From the NCBI GenBank assembly GCA_050084515.1, contig CM114271.1:16306001-16370000 (forward strand): 64,000 bases of DNA. The letters are read 5' to 3'. The position numbers and the translations under genes were made by a program. Below, piece after piece: positions 1 through 14,000 of the stretch (position 1 is its first letter; every line of letters begins with the position of its first letter). The notes under the pieces are model-generated. The model saw nothing but the letters and a program-made list of their open reading frames with translations, did no database searches and was not told where the DNA came from. The DNA is from Blasia pusilla. Taxonomy: Eukaryota.

Positions 1-2400
1 CTTGACGTGTGCCACAAGCCGATTGTAGAATACTATATTCCCCAAAAGTAGCATGATGGGAATAGATAATGGGCGTATCATAGGCATAGAAGGAGCAAAC
101 AAATGGAATGAGGCTCGCGAGTTGTCCTCCTGCACAACGTAATTCCTCAAAGATGGTCGCACGAGAAACTGAATTGAATGTGTTAGCCACATCGACTTGA
201 ATTGCTACCCAATCTTGATGAATATCAAGAGTGAAGCGAATCCCATGAACCACAACCTCCAGGAGTTGCCACTCCAAATTGATGAGGAAATAAGTGGGCA
301 CTAAAGTGAGGACGAAATTGCAAGCATAGGGATCGACTGACCAAGCGGTATAAAACCTCTCCAATAGTCAAAGGGCGCACACCTGAAGGAGGCTTGTCCA
401 TAGCTAACAAACGACAAGCCCCTAAGAGCCTAGAGATAGAGAATGGGAGACGACTTGCCACCATATGTGCACACACCTTATATAGAGAGACAAAGCCACT
501 TGCTGAATCTACTGGGATAAAGCAATTGCGGAGATGCTCAAAAACCATCCCTGATAGCCCGCTTGCTGATAAGCGAGGAGTATGCAGAAAAGCCCTTGTG
601 AAAACCTCCAAGTCAAGCTCCAAGTCAAGGTCTGTTGTATAGTCTTCCACAAAAGATGGAGCATCGCCACTTGAAGGAGGATGAAGAGCTTCTAAGAGAG
701 CCACTGTTTCCGCACTTGGAACCGCCGGAGAAAGAGGACCCAATGCTCGAGCTGCACGTGAAAACTCACCAACCTGCCCCAATAGTAGACTTCGTCGAAG
801 CCATTGTTGTATTGAAGGCCTGCCATGATTGGCATGTTGAGTGGGATGAGCCGCAGCTAAGGCCTCAGCTCGAAGTACATGCTCATTCTGAAGATTCTCC
901 CAATCCCCTGACATAAAGCGTTGAATACGTGTGGAGGTTTCACGATGACCCGTTGCATCCCCTTGGAGGGAGGACTAAAACCCATTGTGGGAAGAGTAAT
1001 AGGAGATACCAAGCATTTATATCTGTGGGGTCACGCGCTAACCTTTCTAATGGGAATAGCAAAGTTTGTTGGGTGATGGGATGAAGAGCAATACGAATGC
1101 AAGTGTAGAGTCTAGGACGAGGAAGACCTGGATGGAAAGAGCGAAGGAGATCAATTTGGCTTAACCAGGTCCAAGCAATTGTTGTGGGGAGTGCAGTAGG
1201 AGTTGGTATCGGGTTAGGGATTGAAGGCCCATGCATGGATTGATAATACCGCTGATGTCTTTTGATCCCATTAGGAGCAAAGTCCTTACTATAAGGTATG
1301 CAACGAACCATCACCTTTGTGACCCATGTGGAGAAACACTTGGCCTCCACCATTTTTGTTTCATCTAAGGAGAGGAGGTGGGAGGTGCAAGAGGTGGTGA
1401 TGGCCGACGATGAGGGGGTAAATAGGTTGGGGAAGGAGGAGGAGGAAGAGGGGAGATTCGGGTAGAATAGATGGGAGTTGGAAGCAAGGGCATAGATGAG
1501 ATATGTGGGGATGGCAAAGTAGAAGGATTCGGTAATAATGGATCAGGATTAGGCTCAATAGGACAAGGCAAAGAAGGGAGAAGAGGAGAATCCGGAAGAA
1601 ACGTAGCGAGTGTAATGGGTGTATTAGCATCTGGAGGAAAATGGCGAGATCGACGATGAGGAGGTGAACCAAGGGGAGAGGTTACGGCTGTAGGAGGGCG
1701 TGTAAAACCAGATAAGCGAGTAGATGGAGAATCCAACTCCATCTCTGATGACATAGAAGTAAAGGTAGGCAAGTCTGCGAAGACAAGAAAAGACATACGA
1801 AACGTGGTTTGGAGAAAGCATGAGGATAACGAACAAAGCAAAAGTAGTGGAGAGATGAAGATTAGGCAATACCGAATTTATGATTGAAAGTTACTATAAG
1901 AAAATATAAAAAGTAAATGAAAAGGAAAAGTGGTGGATATGGTATCGGGAGAGGTGGCTCAAGAATATGAATTTCTAATGTCCTAAACGTATGTAGGGGC
2001 GAAACAATAAGGTAAGGAGTTGAAAGAGCAAGGAAGACTTTTGGGAGGAATTGACCTAAAACAAACCCGTACACAAAAATAGGTGCCTACAAAGAAGGAA
2101 GAAAAAGTAGAAAACCTGTTTGATATCAAAAGAACGAGCTCGTCAAGACGATTGAAACACGCCCAAAACCGACATTCGAGAAGAAAGTTATGAAGGAATT
2201 TGGAAACACCGAAAAACAGGATATGGGGAGTAAGTGAGCCACCCACCAATGACCGCTATGAGGGAATGAGTGCGTAATGTTGGGCCCAGCCCGTATCAAA
2301 AGATCCAGAAAAGCAAGAGGAATCCCTTAAACCGATGGTAACCCAATATCACTCTATAAGGAGAGCGTTATGTTTGAAATTGCGTATAGGAATCTATGAG
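1..2400 (-). mobile_element. Degenerate non-LTR retrotransposon (CRE/RLE-type RT); runs off the window's left edge
   Basis: ORF 225-914 has RPLTIGEVLYRLVSR...HQFGVATPGGC. After a frameshift the minus strand at 1-240 reads WVAIQVDVANTFNSVSRATIF...SACGTRQG (RT motifs DxxNAFNS and GxRQG). A Pro-rich N-terminal region lies at 940-1870. The 5' boundary is approximate. Confidence 0.75.
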
Positions 2401-5072
2401 CACATTTAGGAGAGAAGGAGGTCCAAAGATCCCAAGAACTTTGGAAATCTCAATCTTAAGTGGAAAAAAGAAGAACCCAAAGTTCAAGCTTGAGAAGATG
2501 AACACATTGGGCACTTAAATTGAAAAGATTGGATCACCATGGAAATAGTTACAAACAAAATTCTAAACGTCCGCCATAATCTTCCTCCATAGTCCTCCTC
2601 CTCCTCAAGAGCCTCACATATTCTTGTGGAGGCATATTAGATCTCATTCTTTCTTTAACACTCTCACGTGTCTCTTTATATGGCTCCATATATATATGGT
2701 GCATTGATGGTCTATGAGATAGCTATCTTTGTAAAAGATGCTCCTCATTTTCGTAAATTCTTTCCTCCATTTTTGTAATTACACCATTTTTAAAATCTCT
2801 TATCTAGGGTGTTAATTCTCTATAGGTATAAACCACTTCACACTTGCAGAGATGAGGGATAAAGGTGTGCGTCTACATTGACAAGTGCTACAACTTAACT
2901 TAATTAAATAGGTCTCTAGGCGAGTTTCGCTCTAGGTCTTAGATAGATAACATTATGGTTCTCAATTGTTCAAATATCTTTGAAAGTAAGATTTTTCATT
3001 TTCACTCAAATTTGTACTCTTTCTCTACACTCAATATATATAGATTACATAGGCATTGCCATGCTTAAATCGTGAAGCCTCTCAACATAAAATGAATGCT
3101 TGCTTCTTGGAATATCTTTGCTCCTCTCAAATTCAACAAGATGCAAATGGTAGAGACTTCACTTTCACAATGCATTTCAGTGTTGAGAAACACCATCAAA
3201 ATACACGGAATTTTCTTGGTAGAAAAGATCCACTTAGCACAAGGTGTTCATTATATGGGGCATGCTTTGTAAAAACCGTTGTTGGTACCTCGGGTGAGCA
3301 CTTTGTATCGTTGCTTTTATTTTTGTTAGCGATTATATGGATATTCCTTTCTATGCTTTCTCACCTTTTCTTTTCTTGTACTAGTAAGGTGCTCGTGCTA
3401 TGCCTAGAAAATAAAAAATTGTTCGAAAAACTAGTGTATAGTCCGTGAAGGGAAGAGATTCATAATGTTGCACATAAATTCTATTTTATTTTATTTTCGC
3501 CCGTAACATGTGAAACATTTTCTTGTTGTCCAATTGCCACATGTCAAGCAGAGACGTGTTTATAAATCAAGAAGGCATTCTCTCATAATAGTATAAATGA
3601 ACGTGGATAATGATGTCACAAAGGACCTTTGATATCAATGTGTATACACAATAGTTCAAGCGCTCTTGTCAACATTGTGATTGGCTACTTTTTTAATCCG
3701 CAACCCATCCCTACATACCCATGAGTCCATTGTACTTTCACGTGGGAGTGATATTTTGGTGCAACTCACAAATGTGGATGAACGAACATCTATGTTATTG
3801 TGACTCTAATAATGGAATCTATTACTCATGACACGACTCAACAACTAGTTGTATCCTTTATGGATCAACAAATATTTATTACTACAATCATCGCATTCAT
3901 GTCTATGGAGCAAGAAGGAAGTGGGCTTTGAGTTTTGTCCTCCATTCAATATTTTTTCAACTTTGCAAATGTACCATCCAAAAGTGGCATAATTTTGGAA
4001 GGTGAGTCCCATGTCATTTCCCTAGTTCAAAGAGTCTACGCATATTACACTCACTACATAATCATAATTGTAAGCAAAGACAAAATTTAATTGAAAATCA
4101 AAGGAAGTGTATGAATCTAATTAAGGAAAACAAGCGTCCACGATTATCAATAATTAACAATACCTAAGCCAATAAACCCATTCAGTATAAAGAAAATGTA
4201 GATCTTCGTGTGCATAGCATGTGTACATTCCTGTCCTCCAGTTTCTTTTCCATGACCAACATTTCCTCACATTACTCGCTTTCTTTCATCAATTTTTTCC
4301 TCATGATCCATGGCCGATTCAATATAGTTTCTATAATTACCTTTCTTAATTCTTAAAATATGTGAATTCACTTGTGATGGATGAATGAGTACTCCATTGC
4401 AGTTATCATATCAATACACAAGTCAAACCCTTGCCCACTCATCTTATTTACAATATGGATGTGCAATCTCTTTGTGAGCCCTTGAAGGGATCAGCTTGAA
4501 GCTTTGGGTATTGTTGAATTATGCAGTGTGATCTGCCAACAAATAGTTTTGTATTCCATGTCCTCCACTCCCAAGAGTTCTCTTTTGATGTTTCTCCACC
4601 CTGGCCCAACAAAGTACCTTGAGGTTGCAAGCGAATGTAGATATGAACATACGACTCCCATGCTATCCGAATTGACATAGACTCTACATTTGGTGGGCCA
4701 AGACGTTCTTGTATGAATCTGCTCACAGTGCTGCTGGTCACTCCCTGAGCCCAAGCACATCCTCATTCAATCCTTTCTGGATACAAGCCACATCCTTGAG
4801 TAAATGGTAAATAAACGAAGACAATGGGATCCAAAGGGGTCAAGAGGCTGGATCCAAGGCCATTTCTGATCATGTGTTGAGGAAAGCACCAATCCTCGAG
4901 TTTCAATTATAGAGATTTGTCAGCCTATTGCATCTCTGACAACCTACTCACATAGAGCAATGTGTGGACAAAGAGTGAATTGCCAGGAACATTATAGGTG
5001 GGAACAATGGGGGGAGGAATAAATTGACCTTGTTTGAGGAGAACCTGCCAAATGGGGTAGTTCAGTCTGACT

Positions 5073-8000
5073 CTACTCCTCCTCGGTTGGTAGTAGAAGA
5101 TTCAGAAAGATGGCTATCAGTCCACCCACAGAGAAACCATTTGAAAGCAAGATTATGAGAGCATCACGAAATCCTGTAGAAGAACCAATAAAAGTGTCAA
5201 GAGTTCTGTGTTGAATATCATATAGTTACTCTTAGAAACTAGTATTTTAGAATGTAAGAGAGCAATCAATATCCACAGGTGTGAAGCCAGAAAAGATGAG
5301 AAAGGAAAACCTTTGTATCCAGTGCTCCAATTGTCGTTCACTGGCCAAAAGTTTCCCTCATTCGGATACTCAGACTGTCCAGTTATGTTTATCCAAGCAG
5401 GAACCAAGTTCACTCCAAGGCCTATACCCAGAGCCATTATCACAATGAATCTGCTTCTTCGAGAGAGAACGCCTTTGGAGATAAGTACTTGGATGCCAGA
5501 AACGACGACACTTGAAAACAGAAATGTGGTCATCGCTCCCAACACACAGTTTGGTATACTGACAATTGTAGCAGAGAACTTGGCAAAGATTCCGAGAAAA
5601 ATGAGCCAAACACAACATGCATACCCAGCACGCCGTGATGCACAGCCAGAGAGAGAAATAACCCCATTGTTCTGCGCATATGTAACTACTGGAGTTACTG
5701 TCCCAAATCCTGCGAGAAGTGAGTTCAACCCATCTGCGAGAATAGCTCCTTGTACAGATCTATCAAATTTCATGCCTACAACACACCATTTAGACCCACT
5801 TCATGAGAAATGGAGAGATTAGATGGCCTCATCATTGGATATTTCAATATGGAAATATGCTTAAGAAGGCTTGATACAGTGAAACATTCTGATAGACCCC
5901 TGAGAGAAAATTGGAGTTAGAAGAAATAATATACTAGCAAGTAAAGGAATAATACCAAAGGGTTCAAGACGGCTGGCTTCATATGTGGCAGAGACATCAC
6001 CAATTGCCTCCATTGCAGAAACCATGTATGCAAAAAGCATTGGCAGCACTGCAGGAGCATAGAATCCAAGAGGAAATCTATGCTTCCACAAGAAAGTGAT
6101 CCATGGTGCATCGGAGATTTTAGACCCTGTTATGAACCTGCCAAGGAACTTTAAAATCTCAGTTCAATCCAAATAAGAACTATGGCAGTGGCGGTATTTC
6201 ATGGATGCTGCTAGAAAAATAGATTTCACCTAAAAGTTCCAGGCTTACAAAATGCATGTTGAGGGAACCATCTGACACCCTTAATGTTAGAGACTCACAA
6301 GGGTGAGTCATAAAGTTTGTGACTCGTGCCCCGAGTCACCAGGTTACCAAAACCCTTGGGCACATGTCAGAGAGACTGACTGCTGCTGACAGTCTGGCAA
6401 TATGTCAGAAAGATTAGAGTGCTGCTTGGCCACTAGTCTAAAGTGGGGCCACAAGCTTGTGCAGCAATTTCCCCACATGTGAAGGGGTGCTGCATTACAG
6501 TAGGCTATTCTGTCTGTAGCTAATATCCATATTCAAAGATAGTCTGGGGCTCCAACGACATCAGCCTGGGAAGTTTCCACAAAGCTCATAGGAAGTTCTC
6601 ATCTCACATCATTTTTATCACTCTCACTTATAAGAGGTTAAGGGCCAGATTGGGAGTAGTGATGATTTCCATATTAGACTGTTTGACAGGTCTGATTGGT
6701 GAGACTGGAAACATCATGTTCAGAATCTTCTCACTTTTAGGGATCTCTGGGATGCAATCACTGATCCAGTCATAAAATGCATCTGCGCCAACTTCTTAAC
6801 CAAATTCTTCTTTTGGAACTCCTGAGGAAACATTTGCACCCCATCTCTACGTGTGTCAGCGCTCAATACACCAATGGACCTCCAGCAAAACGAGACACTA
6901 GAAATTCAGGCTCGCTCTCTGATTTATTCGAATTTGAAAGGAGAACCTCAGGCTCTGACTTGGTCTGTTCCAATAGCTAAAACTGTGTGGAGGTGTTTTT
7001 GCCATACTTATGACACTGCAGGTTCATTTTCCATGACGTATCGCCAGACACCACAAACTCAATGTTGAGTCATACAAATCACCCCAAGATGTTCTTTCAA
7101 AGCTATAGATTATTGCAAATCATCTTGCAGCTTGATATGGAGCCGATTTTCAAGCTCTAGCCCATCTTTCCCCCGTTTCAAAGTTCTCCAAAAATTTCTA
7201 CTACTGGGAGGATGGATCAGCATTTTTTCCTTCTCTAGTGCATAGTCCCTGCAGAGGCGAATGTCACCACAGCAAAATTTTCACTCAGAAGGTAACACCA
7301 CGGAATGGACACAAAGCTGTACGGGTGACCCTCTCCCTCTCTCTGCAAAAGCTATTTTGTCATTCATTCATATTCCTTCTATCTCTCTTTCCTGTTACTC
7401 TCTGTTTCCACCTATCCTCCAATGGGAAAGGTACAAGTGATCGACCAGCTCCAATTTTAGTATAATTTGATCCCTCTCAACGGGTTAGAACAATGGAAAC
7501 AAGCTTGACCATCCTCCGATGTAATGCAGCTCTGACACCCTAAACAATCCACATCTTTCCAGACTTGAGGACCAAGCAAAGAGCGGAGCTACTGATTGAA
7601 AGAGTCCTGATTGAAAGAGAGAAGATGTTTGCTGCCCGCAGCAAGGGTCTTTGGAGTGAGTTCCGTGAAGGGAAGGCTACAACACCTGTACCTAGGAAAT
7701 GTAGGGTTTAGGGTTTAGGGCAGCAACACCCCCAACAAACAGGAGGAGCAACGAACGAAAACTCAGACTCCAACCATGGAATCAGCAATTTGAACCAGAA
7801 AACCAGGCTTCAGAGACAACAAACAATCCTCTCACACAAGACCTCCCCATAGGGATATGTGGATGGGAAGGATCATACCAACCCATCCATTCACGCAGTC
7901 TTTCACGACTGTGGAGGACCATTCTGGTCTAGAGGCAACCAACTCACAAACAGCAAAACAAGGACACGGGGGTATGGAGTGCTTGATTGCTCCATGGTTT

Positions 8001-11000
8001 CAAACCTCAGTCTCCATGGCCAACCTTGACAAAGAAAAACATTTTCTTTTGGATCAATATCTCCAAAGAAGTGGGTTTACTGAAAGACCTCCTCATTGCA
8101 GTTTACTATTTCAGTCCTACTATGCTCAAAAGGGAATTTCCGTTTGAGGCTCTCTCTACATGTACTGAACACCACCTGAATATGGGCGACATCCTCTTAG
8201 TTGGAGATTTCAACAGGAGAACGGCCAGCATTCAAGCTCCAATTCACATGTCAACCACCAACGACATGGAAGGGATAGACGCTCAATCATCAGATTGGTC
8301 TCTCGGGGAAGCATTCTTCCTACACCTGCAACACACATCAGTGGACTGAAAAAACAGCTAATGGAGAGAGACTTCTAGAACTCTCCTCCACACATTGTTT
8401 GACACTAGCAAATAGCCTTGCTATCTGACCACATTCGGGAGGTCACACTTCCACTGCACACTAAGACTCCAACAAAGAAACATTACCATGCATGGTAGAC
8501 TACTGGATTGGAGAAGTACATCAACTTACACATCTGGTTACCAATGTCACTATCACACACCTTCTGGAATCTGCAAACAAACCTGTCTACTTTGACACGT
8601 CTGTCTCCAAAACCACTCCAGCGGCAGAAGATAAGTTCGCGGTAGAAATGCGGATACACTTTCCTTCAAGAAAAGAAAGTGGAACTCATCATACTCATCA
8701 ACAAAACTGTTTTAGAGTGCTCACCAACACTGCACACGACTGAGTTCAGCAACATACTACATCAATGTTGCAGAAAAGTCTTACCTTATCAACTGTTTGG
8801 AGGATCAGTTCCACTTCAACATTCTTCTCTCAAACATGGTTTGGCGAGGATTGCAAAATGACCAGCAGGGGCAGTGAACCAACAATCGCAGGTAGATCCA
8901 AAATCTCGACAACGTCAACTGTTACGGTACACTTAAAAAAGGCTGGTTCACAGGAAGAAACGCAAATATCTTGCCCCCAAGGTCATTGAGTTTGCAGAGC
9001 AAATGAGACACCAATCTGCCCAATTCTGGAGAATTTTCAGAAATGGATAGAACCACATTCCTCTCCAAGATCTACAGGTCTGGACCACATATGGTAACCA
9101 ACTTTACCACTCGGACACTGCTGCTCCGACCGACCCTTGGCCGACTGGGATCCAAGATTTACCAGACCACTTCACCATCAAAGACATGACATCAGGTCTC
9201 AGAAGGCTCCATAACAAACCAGAAGATGACCTAGGGTGCCAGGATCAAATGTTCAAATTGAAAGTGAAGCTATTGCTTCAACTCTCACCAGAATGTTCAA
9301 TACTACAGTTCGACAGGGATTCCCACCGGAATGGCAAATGAATACAATCCACCCACTCTTCAAGGCTGGGGACCCTATGATACCCTCCAATAACAGAACT
9401 ATGATGGTGAGTTCTCTCATGGCCAAATTATATGGGCTACTGCTGGAAAGGAAACTAAGTGACTGGGCTGATGAAATGAAGGTGCGAGCCAGAGCACATA
9501 ACCTGGTTTTAGCAGGTTTTAGGACATCACATAACCTGCTAAAAACCAAGATAATCATCTTCAGATCGCAGCTCCCAACTGCACAAAAGTCACACACTTT
9601 CACATTCGGCCAGGGACCAAGAAGTGATGTTGTAGAGATCGTGGTTGAGTACATCTACCTGGGGGTACAACTCAAACCCAACAACCAATGGAGAACTAAC
9701 GAAAGCCGCACCAAAATCAATATAGGATTGAGGAGTTTACACATGCTGCAATCCAATTGCAGAAGGATAGAACTATGGCATATCCCAAATAAGCTCCATC
9801 TCTTCAAAGATATTGTCATTCCAGCCTTGCTTTATGCCTCTGAAGTTTGGGGCCCCAACCCCAAGGCATGGCCCCAAGGTCCAGAGGTCCCTCAGAAGCT
9901 CTTCATGCAACAGAGCTTGGGCATTGGGAGAACTACTCCCCACGACATACTCCTGGCTGAGTTTGGCGAGGTTCCAATGGAGATTCATGTTATTGAAAAT
10001 CTGATCACATTCCTCCAACACCTTCAGGATATTAGTGAGGACAATCCCAATCACCTTTCAGCCAGAGCTTTTGAAGTCTCTAAGAGTAGTACAGCCGCTG
10101 GGACAAACAATTGGAACTACGACTGCAACGAATGGCTTGTGAAATGGGGTTTATCATCAGTCAGTGATCAATCAGTGACCTCCCAACGGCCACCAACCAG
10201 GATCTGTCACAGCAACTACACAACTACATCTCTATCAATTGGGATCAGCACCAAAAGCTTTGGGAGAACGGGGGGAATAAATCTCAAAAAAATGGAGAGC
10301 AGATGAGGCACTACCACACCTTCACGAATACTAGCAGATCCATGAAGCAGGCCTCTTACATCTCTGCTCCCATTCCCACTAAATTACGTCATACATTAGT
10401 GAGATTCAGGTGTGGTTCAACTGACCTTGAGATTGAGAAAGGCAAATTCTCACAGAAGAAAAGAGAAGAGGGATTATGTAGATTTTGCAACTCGGGGCTC
10501 CTTGATATGAACATCATTACCTTTTCAACTGCCCCTTTCACAATCACATTAGACTTGACTTTCCAGATCTCGTCGTTCAACCGACCCCTCTGAATTCATG
10601 GCTAGGCAGAATTGCTAAGTTCCTATATTTGTGTGTGGAGACTGGGGAAAATCACCTGGCACGAAGGAACTCTTAGAGCTTTAGAACTGCTGTAAATTTT
10701 AGCAAAGCTAGCCCATGGCCCTGTGGGGCCTCCATGGACAATAAATCTATTCACTCATTCATTCATCCATTGTATTTTCTGTTTTAGACTCACAAATCTT
10801 CCCTATTGCTGTTAGCAAGCTCCCTACTGAGTGTAAGTCCATCATCCACGTTTTAATGAGTAGCGATAGACCTTTAGAGGACCTTCAAACTGCAATAGTC
10901 AATGATTTTGGATTAGAGAAACCTCCTCCAAACTTCAGCATTCTTATTTCCTTTTAGAATCAGAGTTTCTCTACAACCTAGCTATTACAAGCACACTTAG

Positions 11001-14000
11001 TGCAATAGCAACCACTCAGGTTAGATTGTAGAGGAAAGAGCTACACAACCTGCATCACCAGATCACCTTGCATTCTCAAGCACACTTAGTGCAATAGCAA
11101 CCACTCAGGTTAGATTGTAGAGGAAAGAGCTACACAACCTGCATCACCAGATCACCTTGCATTCTCAAGCACACTTAGTGCAATAGCAACCACTCAGGTT
11201 AGTACTACTATACACCTTGTATCACAAGACTCACTGAACTCCTCAAGTCAGCAGACCTCTCAGTCTGTAAGCAGCAGCACACTCAGTGCTTAGCACACTG
11301 AACTACTAAGGTCAGAAGCACAATCCACTCAGGTAAGCAAAGCACACTCAGTGCTTCTCAATCAGCTCCTCAGCTCAGAGAGTTGTGTCCAGAAAGGTGT
11401 AAGAGAATGTAAATTCGCAGGGCACCCTCAGAGGGTTATATACAGCCAAGAGAATGAGTTTCTAAGTTTTAGGGTTTTTAGGTTAGGCCTGCTGCCCATA
11501 GTAATTCTCAGAATTACTGAGGTAACTCTATGGTAACAAGAAATTACTATTTACTGTGGTAAAACACTAAGTTACTATAGTAATTCTATCAGTTACTTTT
11601 CACTATAGTAAACTCCAAGTTACTATGTTTTACAACATTTCCAATTCTCCACATGATCCTACAGGAAGCACTCTTTTCCTTCTGTGGCTATCCAGCCTCC
11701 TAGATACACTCCGCAGAGGAGTATTGAACAGCATGTCTGCTACGGTTGTTTTGAGAATTGTCGTTTCTGAAACAAATGTCCCAATAGGAAATATCTCCAA
11801 GAGATTTCGTGAGTTTAACAAAAACCAACTGACGTCTCCATCATCATTTGCTGGCAGTCCAGTTGCTTCCCAGGCATTGACATGCTGCACCTCAGAAGAT
11901 ATACAACAAGATGAACAAGCCTATATATTCATGATTCAACAAAAAAATTCCATACTGCTCCAGATTTTTCCCAGCTTTGAATTCTTGATTCTGGTGCAAA
12001 TTCTCATGTTTGCAGCCAAAGAGATGATTCTCTAACTTCCTCTCTTTTTCCCCAATTCTCATTTCAGGAATAGGCTATGGAATGGTATATGCTACGGTCA
12101 CTGGCCAGTGACCGTAGCATATACCATTCCATAGCCTATTCATCAAAGAGCCTGTTACAGAAAGACTTTTGTAGAATCGTGACTCTTTGAACTATACATC
12201 CCTACCAGTGTCTTATTTACCTCCACAGGTAAGCACAATTGTGTCTGTCAAGAAGCTTCCTGCAGTCTGTTGATACCTGCATCTATTCTCATGATATATC
12301 TTTCCAACTCCTCAAACAAAGTCATTGCTTAGATACAGACATGGCCTGTATCTATTTGACTGTCAACCATGTGCTCCTTCTGTGATTTTGTTGACCGGAG
12401 ACTCACCCAATCTCTGACACAACCGCATGGGACACCTCAGCAATCAACCTCTCCAAGACCTCCACCATCAGAAGATGGTTAAAGGTCTGGATCCCATTGA
12501 TGATCTCAACTTTTGCACAAGTTGTGCTAAGGCAAGCTCACCAGGCAACCCATCGTAAGAGATGGACAAGATCATCCTGTGAACAAAGCTCTAGATCTGA
12601 TTCATAATGATGTGGCAGGACGAATGAAGAAAACCACCATTGGAAACTGTTCTTATTTTTTTTGTTGTAAAACATAGTAACTTGGAGTTTACTATAGTGA
12701 AAAGTAACTGATAGAATTACTATAGTAACTTAGTGTTTTACCACAGTAAATAGTAATTTCTTGTTACTATAGATTTAACTCAGTAATTCTGAGAATTACT
12801 GTGGGCGGCAGGCCCTAACCCTAAAACCCTAAAACCTAGAAACTCACTCTCTTGGCTGTATATAACCCACTGAGTGTGCCCTGCGAAATTCCATTCTCTT
12901 ACACCTTTTTGTACACAAATCTCTGAGCTGAGGAGCTGATTGAGCAGCACTGAGTGTGCTTTGCTTGCCTGAGTGGATTGTGCTTCTGACCTCAGTAGTT
13001 CAGTGTGCTGCTGCTTACAGACTGAGAGGTCTGCTGACCTGAGGGGTTCAGTGAGTCTTGTGATACAATGTGTCTAGTAGTACTAACCTGAGTGGTTGCT
13101 GTTGCACTAAGTGTGCTTGAGAATCCTAGGTAGTCTGGTGGTACAGGTTGTCTAGTGCTTTCCTCTACAATCTAACCTGAGTGGTTGCTATTGCACTAAG
13201 TGTGCTTGTAATAGCTAGGTTGTAGAGAAACTCTGATATTCTAAAAAAATTCACTTACTTTCCTCAATACACAAAGAAATTCTATCGCTACATCTTGTGC
13301 AAAAATTCAGATGTCTTCTCTACATTTCCGTTATTCAAAATCATGGTTGAGGGTGAAATTGGTCCCAAGATTTGCTTTCTCAGAACAGATGGAGGTGGCA
13401 AGTATACCGATTCTTCTTTTCAAGCTTTTCTTCATATTTGTGCCATTCTTTGTCAACGCACAGGAAGAGATTTCTCCTATGCAGAGTGGCACTGCTGAGA
13501 ACCTTAAATCTCCCCCTACAATATTCTTTGATTCAAAACCACTATTCAAATGTTAGGATGTGGGAGATGCGGCTGAGAGGGAGATATGACACCGCAGAGT
13601 AGTCACCTGCATGCTTTATCTTTTTCAGAAAGACTCTTCTGGCTGTGTGGGAGTGTTCGACAATTGTATTTTAGCTAAAGGCTCCAGGCTTACTAAATGT
13701 CTGTTAAGGGAACCATCTGACACCGCTACTCTTGGTGGCTCATATAGATGGGTTACAAAGTGACTCATCCCCCTTGAGTCACCAGGTTACTGACACCCTT
13801 GGACATATGTAGGAGAGACTAAAATGCTGTCAACTCTGGACATCTGTCAGAAAGGTAAGAGTGCTACTTGCCCACTTGGCTAAAGTGGCGCCACAAGCTT
13901 GTAGGCCATTCCCCACTTGTCAAGGTGTGCTGCAATACAGTAGGCTATTTTGTCTCTAGCCAACATCCAGACCAGTATATAGTCTGGGGCTCAGATAGGA

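Noticed and set aside
4448-4766. ORFs downstream of the permease stop as extra exons
   Set aside because: The CDS ends naturally after LNLLLPTEEE; no family motif or splice support.
7702-7720. TTTAGGG repeats as an interstitial telomere
   Set aside because: Fewer than three full units; telobox-like and common in plant repeats.
10988-11200. CRISPR-like repeat array
   Set aside because: Whole 89-bp units are duplicated with no unique spacers; it is a tandem duplication in an LTR.
11630-11890. 86-aa minus-strand ORF resembling a stray exon
   Set aside because: No recognisable motif and not needed for the permease frame; could not be assigned without a search.
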